The notes under the pieces: model-generated
Seen by the model: the letters and a program-made list of their open reading frames with translations, nothing else
Database searches by the model: none
What the model was told of the DNA's origin: nothing
Translations under genes and position numbers: made by a program
Shown here: positions 56,121 through 64,000 of the stretch, piece after piece
Numbering within the stretch: position 1 is the stretch's first letter
How the letters are laid out: every line of letters starts with the position of its first letter
Origin: Veleropilina oligotropha
Taxonomy: Eukaryota
NCBI GenBank assembly: GCA_048128005.1
Contig: JBEUKZ010000098.1
Location: forward strand, 62,001 to 126,000
Length of the DNA stretch: 64,000 nt
Direction: 5' to 3'

Positions 56121-57007
56121 AGTTACTGAAAAAACGTGATTTGGTTTGTTTTTTATGCAAGTTGTAACTGATTTCTTCCTAGTCTAGTCGTAAATTTGTC
56201 ATACAACCATTCAGTTATCAGCACATTGACACAGATCGACAAATAAATAAGGTTAAAGGCGTCCAGTCCTTGCATGACATCAAAACGCAAAGTTAGGCGA
56301 TGTGATGAGGGGCATTGAGAGAAATCATTGGTCGGAAGAAAGCAGGTTCCCGTTGCACATCATCAAGGTCGTATGCAGGTGTGGAGTGACTGAAACACGG
56401 CATGAACACCCAGGAGCATCCCACAATCCACTTTGATGTTGACTGAGCTGGGGGTGCCTGTCCCATGGCCGTAGTTTGACATGGTCACTGTGCTGTGGAA
56501 TCTGATTGGTAGTAGGTAGTCGTGAAATCCTTGATCCAACTATCATTATGGAGCATTTTGTTGCAGACTACCAAACACGTCTACATGCACGATAATGCAT
56601 GGACACACCTGGTTCGAACAGTGACACAGATTCTGCAGCAGAAAGCCATCACGACTCCCCCCCCATAAGTTCAGATATGAATTCTGATACAGAAACTGGA
56701 CCTACCAATAGCGAATCTTCAAGAGCTAGCATAAACGCTGTGCAGAGAGGCCGCTCTGGTAGCCGAGTGGATAAGAGTGTGGATTCTGAATTCACTCGCT
56801 TGACAGATCCGTCTAAAGAATGCATTTAAATTTCAGTTGGGGTTTTCTTTGTGAAGTCGCAGTTGTTCATAACTGGCTGTAAAGGGTTGTTTACCATGGC
56901 AACGGATTTCCTTCCGCGATAATATGTACATGTTCTGGTATGAACCTGAAGAGACATGAAGCATCGGTCAAAATCTGCACAAAGAAAGATAAAATCTAGA
57001 GCATCCA

Positions 57008-57384
57008 ATATAATGATGTTATCAGTATTGTGTGGATTCTGGCACGTCGGAAACCTCAAGTGACGTCGTAGTTTATCCGCCGCAAAAACTACGACGTCAA
57101 GAGAGGTTTCCGACGTGCCAGAATCCACACAATATCTGATATTTTATTATATGCCACAACAAGTTTCTTATTAAATTGAATCGAAAGATTATGGTAATTT
57201 TAGTCACGAATCTGTAAGGGAGGTTGAAATAGTATAGGACTATTGGAAGTAGTTCCTACGATTTGGCAGCCATTTTGAATACATAAGCAGGAGACGTTTT
57301 CTGAATCGATATCAGCTGTGTCTGTGATACAGGTTCTCGGAAAACTGCGCGACAATAGGCGTCAGAAAACGACTGGCATATAAT
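57008..57384. mobile_element. Non-autonomous element with ~145-bp 5' fold-back and 7-bp terminal direct repeat
   Basis: Near-perfect hairpin 57008-57152; ATATAAT at both ends; 3' end tggcatataat is complementary to attatatgcca at 57146-57156. Confidence 0.65.
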
Positions 57385-58192
57385 AAACATGTATTACTGG
57401 TGACGTGGAGAAGTTTGATGCTGTCATGTGTGTTACTGACTATTGCGGTATGGTAATCCATCATTTTAAGCAAGAAATCACCAGCTACAACAGTTGTCAA
57501 GTGCATCATACAGCCACATAATATTATTTATCTCGAGTGTCAGTTGTGTCAATAAATTAATATAAACAAGGACATGTCCACCAATGTTATGGAAACGAGG
57601 TCAGAAAATGTCTTGATTTCCATCCTTACTATCTCAAATAATTACTCTTTCAACATATCGCGCATATTCTGGTGTCTATGCTATATGTTATATGCAAAAA
57701 AGACTAGTCCAACCTGTTGTACGGCAGCACCTTGAGCAGTCAATTGGATTGGTAGAATCTTATCTATTTTTGCAGAGGCTGCTTTTCGAAGGGTTGAGCG
57801 ACCTTGCATACCATAGAGGGGTCCAGGTCCATAGGTTAATGGTCAAAACATTCCATGATGTCCCGCAGTATAATATTTGACACGGATGTGGTATCACATC
57901 ATGTGAGTCATCAGCATCTGCATCTGCACCATTTATGAACATTTTCATCACAATGCATGAGTACACGTAATAGGTTGCAAATTGAAGAAAATTTTAATAA
58001 TTAATGGCATAAAATTCCCTCTGCATTCTGAGGGTGAAAATAGTTTTTTTACCAACATTAAGAACATTTTCACCACCATGTATGAGTAAAATGTACTAGA
58101 CAGTGTCTTAACGTGGATGAAAATTTTGACAATTATTAATTTTAAGGTGCGAATCCCCACTCTCCTGCATTCTGGGAGTGCAAATACGATAT

Positions 58193-59447
58193 TTTTTATG
58201 CCCTAAATTTGGGGGGGGGGCGTTTAGATTTACCCTAGTCCGTCCGTCCCGAAAACCAAAATTGCGTGCAAGTAACTCCATTCTGCTATACCTCCTTCCA
58301 TCTGCCTTCATGGATTGACTTTATACTTCATACAGTTGCTTATCATCATTCATACTTCGCTTATGCGACCCATCCAGTCGCCCCAAGGTCAAATGACTGA
58401 GCTCTTCGGACCAGTATTTGCGTGCCAGTAACTCCATTCTGCTATAACTTTCATCTGCCTACATGGATTGGCGTGATACTTCATACACTTGCTTATCATC
58501 ATTCATACTTCGCTTCTGTGACCCATTCATGTCGCCCCTATGCTCAAGGTCAAATGACTTAGCTCTTCGGACCAGTATTTGCGCGCGAGTAACTCCATTC
58601 TGCTAGAACTTCCATCTGCCTTCATGGATTGACGTGATACTTCATACACTTGTTTATCATCATTCTTTCTTCCCTTCTGTGACCCATCCATGTCGCCCCT
58701 ATGCCCAAGGTCAAATGACTTAGCTCTTCGAACCAATATTTGCGTGCGAGTAACTCCATTCTGCTATAACTTCCATCTGCCTTCATAGATTGACTTGAAA
58801 CTTCATACACTTTCTTATCATCATTCATACTTCTGCGACCCACCCATGTACGTCACCCCTATGCCAAAGGTCAAGGTCAAATGACTTAGCTCTTAGGACC
58901 AGTATTTGCGCGCGAGTAACTCCATTCTGCTAGAACTTCCATCTGCCTTCATGTATTGACTTGATACTTCATTCACTTGTTTATCATTCATTCTTCCCTT
59001 CTGTGACTCATTCATGTCGCACCTATGCCCAAGGTCAAATGACTTAGCTCTTCGAACCAATATTTGCGTGCGAGTAACTCCATTCTGCTATTACTTCCAT
59101 CTGCCTTCATAGATTAACTTGAAACTTCATATACTTGCTTACCATCATTCATACTTCCCTTCTACGACCTACCCATGTCGCCCCTATGTCCAAGGTCAAA
59201 TGACTTAGCTCTTCGGACCAGTATTTGCGTGCAAGTAACTCCATTCTGCTATAACTTCCATCTGCCTTCATGGTTTGAGTTGATTCTTCATACACTTGCT
59301 TATCAGCATTCGTACTTCCCTTCTGCGACTCACCCATGCTATTAATTGTCTGTAAATAACTCCACAAAACGATCTTTGCTACCCCTATGGTCAAGGCTGC
59401 CATGCAGTGGAGGCATTTGATCGTGTCGGATGGACACATTTCTAGTT
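58193..59447 (+). mobile_element. Helentron-type element carrying a ~160-bp satellite x 7
   Basis: T-run, atgccc/gggcgt inverted repeat, gtccgtccgtcc, units starting at 58264, 58420, 58581, 58742, 58908, 59066 and 59227, 3' ggaggcat plus hairpin gtgtc..gacac. Confidence 0.75.
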
Positions 59448-59835
59448 ACCAACATATATGAACAAGTATAATTTGAAGTAATGTTAGGCAATTAACGGTG
59501 TGAATACCCCTTTCCCGCATTCTGGGAGTGCCACTACGATGTTTTCCACCACAGTCCAGGCCTGAATATGTGTCTGCGAGTGAGTGGTTAGCGCATCAGA
59601 CACTTAGCCTATGCCGTTATATGCTATTGTGTACGGAGGCTTAAAGCCCAGCCGGCAGCGAATTCTACAGCTTGAAAGCATGTACCATGTATGTCGGATG
59701 GAGGGGTACCGACTTTGATAAGAGTGAACAATTTCAAAAGTGAAGTGGTCGCAAAACAAAGTTGCCTATCAACCAATGTCTGGGCCTGTCACATCGCTAC
59801 CGTGCAGGGGTGTTTTTCTTCAATGAGATGGTCTA

Positions 59836-60583
59836 AGTATAGGTTAGATGGCGGATTGGAGAGTCTTAGCAAAATAGGAGTCGAGCCCGTAGGGCGAGAC
59901 TACTTTTTGATAAGAGTCTACAAGCTGCCGTCTAACCGACTTAGAAGCTAATTTCATTTCTCCACACAAATTATTTATAATTATCTAATTTGTTAAACTA
60001 TTTATGTTATCGAAACACATATTTATTACAAAATAATTAGCTTTTTTACCAATATATCAAGAAGATCCATATTAACATTACAACCTGTCACCCCTATTCT
60101 TAGTATAGGTTAGATGGCGGATTGGAGAGTCTTAGCAAAATAGGAGTCGAGCCCGTAGGGCGAGACTACTTTTTGATAAGAGTCTACAAGCTGCCGTCTA
60201 ACCGACTTAGAAGCTAATTTCATTTCTCCACACAAATTATTTATAATTATCTAATTTGTTAAACTATTTATGTTATCGAAACACATATTTATTACAAAAT
60301 AATTAGCTTTTTTACCAATATATCAAGAAGATCCATATTAACATTACAACCTGTCACCCCTATTCTTAATAATGGGTAAGGCATCGCAAACAATAGACCT
60401 GCAAAGTGCCGTCTTCAGCAATAATTGACGAGAAATACTGCTCTCTCATTGGCCGAGAAATGAAATTGGCTTCTAAATAATGGGTAAGGCATCGCAAACA
60501 ATAGACCTGCAAAGTGCCGTCTTCAGCAATAATTGACGAGAAATACTGCTCTCTCATTGGCCGAGAAATGAAATTGGCTTCTA
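59836..60583. mobile_element. 374-bp non-autonomous element nested in an identical copy of itself (A-A-B-B; inner copy 60102-60475)
   Basis: Two 266-bp copies (59836-60101, 60102-60367) abut two 108-bp copies (60368-60475, 60476-60583). TCTAAG is directly repeated at the outer ends. Confidence 0.75.
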
Positions 60584-60585
60584 AG

Positions 60586-62450
60586 ATCTGTTGAAAGTGG
60601 AGATAAAATTGATCGTGTGATTTCATCTAATTGCGGACAGTCCATGTCACACATCCGTACTGTAGAGTTGACAGCACAATGGCCCTGTGGGCAGCAAGTT
60701 TGGTGTTCTGTGGTGCATGTTCATTTTCAATACGTGTCCAGGTTCCACCAAAAGAGACGCCAGCTATTGAAAGACGATTCGGAATCTCTTTGTTCATTCT
60801 GCAAACATGTGCCTAATGTATGTGAAGCTGCCTTGTTATTGCCCTTTGTGTCCTTATTAACAATGTTAGATGCTTCTGGCAACGTACAAGGTGGTAGTTG
60901 CAATATCACTTCTGCTTGACGCATACTGATGGCTTGGCCGAAGGTTCTCTATCGGCTGTTGAGGGGAGATCAACTCGCTATTGCAGATATGTGCGCTTCC
61001 AGTTTAATGTTAGCAAAACACCGGTTCTATATATAGTTGATGGCAATCTCAGCGACCGTCTGTGCAGGGGCGGATCCAGGGGGGTCCATGAGGACGGACC
61101 CCCCCCCTTGACGGACCAAGTGCCCTTTTGCCTTGGCCATTAAAAAACTCAATGTGTTAGATTGTGACAAAAATGAAAATTACCCATACATTTTAGTGAA
61201 AATGGTTCATAAATGTTGGTAAGAAATCTCGCTTTTGCCCTGTCAGAGTGCAGGAGAGGAGGTTTCAGGCTGTTGATTGTCAAAATTTTCTTTCGCGTGG
61301 GGCCCCGCCCCCATGCGAACAGTTGATAGTATATTATATGAAACTTGGACCCCCTTTATCAAAATCCGCCCCTGCTGTGTGTGTGCATGAAATAACATGG
61401 CAGTAAAAATATGGGGACATTGAAACTACTGGATCTTTTTGAAGGTGAAAATAATGTCATTTACTCATGAAAGTCACAATGGCTCGCAGACATGCATCAT
61501 GTCATCAGGAGAATGTGAAAAAAGCTTGTTCAGGTTGACACATGGATAATTTCATGCAATGCCCTATTCCCTTTGTTTGTATAAAGGTGGGTGTTTTGGT
61601 TTTAAATTCTTGCGATACACAGTATTCTTCCATAACAGTTGCACCATTCCTGGCAATGGGTGAAGGTGTTTTGGGCTATAGCTATTAAATTGCTTTTTCG
61701 ATTCTTCAAACGTGTAAGGGTTTCAAATACTGTGTTGCTTCATAGACAGATATCGTGAACCGTTAACCACTGCCACCCTCTTCAGGAGCCGTGTTTGCTG
61801 ATTGCCTGCGCTAGCTGAGTCGGCTAATGAGGGCTGGTTGCTTCTGCTGATGGAAGTATCAACGTCATTGCTGTTAGCATCAAACCAGTTATGATGCTCT
61901 GATATAGCTTGTGCTGAGTTGAAACCATTGTTCTCGAAGTCTGCCAGAATCAGTTTCACTTGACTGCCAGATTTTCAAAACTGTTTAAGATCTTCCTTAA
62001 GTGTATGATAAGCATGTTTCTTAACACAATAAACATTTTTGCAATCGCTCTCAAGTGGCGTTCTTTTTCAAAATATTGCGAAACAGTTTGCTTCTTGGTA
62101 GGACATGGTCTGTGCAACAGTCACCTAGCTCCTACCATGTCTTTGGTGATATGTAGCCTTCATATTGGATATATCGAAGCCTCGTGATCATATAATCGAT
62201 CAGATGCAAGTGTTGGAGCGGAGATGAGTCATAGTGGACATTTACACAATTGGTGATATTAAGAGGTTGCCCAGTTGGGGTCCAATATAATATGAAGACG
62301 TCGTCTAGTGAGGAATGGTCACTTGAAATGCTAGTATTGAAGCCTCCCGAGAATCAGAAATACATCTTCTTTATACTCGTTGATGATTTCATAGAATGTT
62401 TATTCCTCTTCTGTCGAATCTGCCGTTTTGTGAGCATGCTCTAATTGTGT
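60586..62450 (-). mobile_element. Degenerate RTE-clade LINE
   Basis: Frameshifted remnants HHNWFDANS, HLYTNKGNR and TKLAAHRAIVLSTLQYGCVTWT resemble RTE/BovB-type ORF motifs. Confidence 0.65.
61065..61374. mobile_element. MITE inserted in the RTE remnant
   Basis: 11-bp TIR CAGGGGCGGAT/ATCCGCCCCTG. Confidence 0.65.
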
Positions 62451-62479
62451 TAGATAGTTCTTGCATTTACGGTGTATTC

Positions 62480-62930
62480 TCGTCGCCATTAGGCGATATG
62501 TAGCTAAGAGAATGAATTCTGAAGTCACCTTCTTTATGAATATGCATCAACGCTAGCTATGAAAGTACTGCATGTGTAGCTGTGCTCACAGGGATCGTTG
62601 ATAGCATTTTAATTGCGGAGTTCACAGGGTTGTCTGGGTATGTTCTAACGCCTCGCACAGATGGACGGGAAACTATCCATTGTGATTTTCCCAATTGGCA
62701 AAATAAATGATGTATGTCTATCTTTTTCATCGTCGCAGCTCAGTTGTCGGCATCAACTGATCATTATCCATGCAATATATCTGCATTGGATGAAAGGAAG
62801 ATAGCAGCTCCAAACTCGGGAGTAAATTCCCCAATCTGTATCTGTATCAATATAAGTATCGCTGAGATCCAATTTCTGTCATTAATGCGTCGTTTGAGAG
62901 GGAGCGCGTGTCGCCTTACATGCTGGTAAG
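62480..62930 (-). pseudogene. Possible decayed hAT transposase C-terminus
   Basis: Remnant AIKMLSTIPVSTAT resembles the hAT dimerisation motif; many stops. Confidence 0.35.
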
Positions 62931-62959
62931 GCCAGGCTTGGAGGCCGTCGTCGTACAGG

Positions 62960-63620
62960 CTATAACTTGATGGTCGTCTAGCTGATTCCACTCCATTACA
63001 GTAGGCCTACCTACGAAGAAACTGTTCTTGTAAATGTCAGTTTTTGCGATTCTGTTTGCCAGGCACTTTGGGTGGTTTATCTGGTGGTCCTTACCGATGT
63101 TGTGCTCAGGTAATCATTTAGCCTTTTAGTTGTTCGTATACGACGTTTGTTCTCAGGTTTCTTGGTATTGTGTTGAGATTGGGGCAATGCGGATACTAGC
63201 CCCTCAACCACACTCATTAGGAATGCGAGACACAATCGTCTGCAATGTTCGGAGGTTGAGTTTACTCCGCATGTTTTCGACACTGCCTTTCTTCCTCGAC
63301 TTGTAGTCCCCGCAGATAAATCACCCTGCTCGCCTCTGGACCCGTACGAGCTTTGTGATATCGGATTTCAGGCACGGGTTCCATATGATCGCGCTGTATT
63401 CCAATGTGGAGCGTACGAGTGATATGTACGAATTTTCTTGCATGCCTTAGTACCGTGGTCACGACCCGACGGAGAAAGCCCAGAGTAGAGCTCGCTTTAC
63501 TACGATTGTTGTTAATATGAGTGTTCCATTCCAAGTCCTCCGAGATGATAAGGCTGAGGTATCGGTGTTTTGGTACGGACTGAAGGATGTGATTATTTAG
63601 TTAATAGAAATGTGAGGATT
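62960..63620 (-). mobile_element. Degenerate LINE 3' fragment (CR1/RTEX-like)
   Basis: YLSLIISEDLEWNTHINN..SKASSTLGFLRR followed by a frameshifted SLVRSTLEY..WNP remnant. Confidence 0.7.
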
Positions 63621-64000
63621 ACGGTTTATGATGATGATGGTGATGAATAACTGTTCATTTTTCCAATTACTTCATAATGACAGAATAATAATACAAAAAA
63701 TATACATGTATGCTAATATATAGTACAATAAAAGTATAAAAAACATATATTCAATTGCGGTAATTATAATGTAAGCGGATAGGAGATCCGAAGAAGTCCG
63801 CGAGGACTTGTAAAGAGGACCACCACCTATTAAGATAATAATGAAAAGAGGATACAGTATTAATTTTATTCCAATTAATCTAGTGTGAATTTAATCTTGT
63901 AGTTATTAGGCCTATATAATTGAAATAAGTGACACTGTGTTTGGCAATTCTACGTATCAAGGTATTCTCTTATTATTTTTGATTTGAAGTTTGCTTTGAA

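Noticed and set aside
56599..56829. 76-aa Ser/Asp-rich ORF after BUD23
   Set aside because: Low complexity, no recognisable domain or supported exon partners; its 3' part runs into a SINE-like head.

Overview
AT-rich animal genomic DNA, probably a lophotrochozoan invertebrate (inferred from repeat style only). It holds three host genes in the order and orientation VPS37-family (+, 4 coding exons, 5892-9449), intronless DNAJC30-like (-, 17565-~18527) and BUD23/WBSCR22 (+, 11 coding exons, 18889-56103). This matches the human Williams-Beuren block VPS37D-DNAJC30-BUD23. BUD23 introns carry three near-identical ~7.47 kb DIRS1-type tyrosine-recombinase retrotransposons. Copy A is 22098-29565. Copy B is 38428-53370 and is split inside its recombinase gene by copy C, 44446-51918. 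Each has gag, RT/RNase H/methyltransferase-like and YR ORFs, inverted terminal repeats (ITRs) and an internal complementary region (ICR), and there are no target-site duplications. In these elements gag and a 985-codon YR frame are separated by a single UAG, about 2 kb is dual-coding, the RT frame has no AUG ahead of the RT domain, and both UTRs contain intron-like segments. A small non-coding element with a permuted-palindrome (Crypton-like) structure is also nested inside itself (59836-60583). The remainder is LINE fragments (CR1/L2-group, RTE), SINEs, Helentron-type non-autonomous elements, TTAA MITEs and minisatellites.
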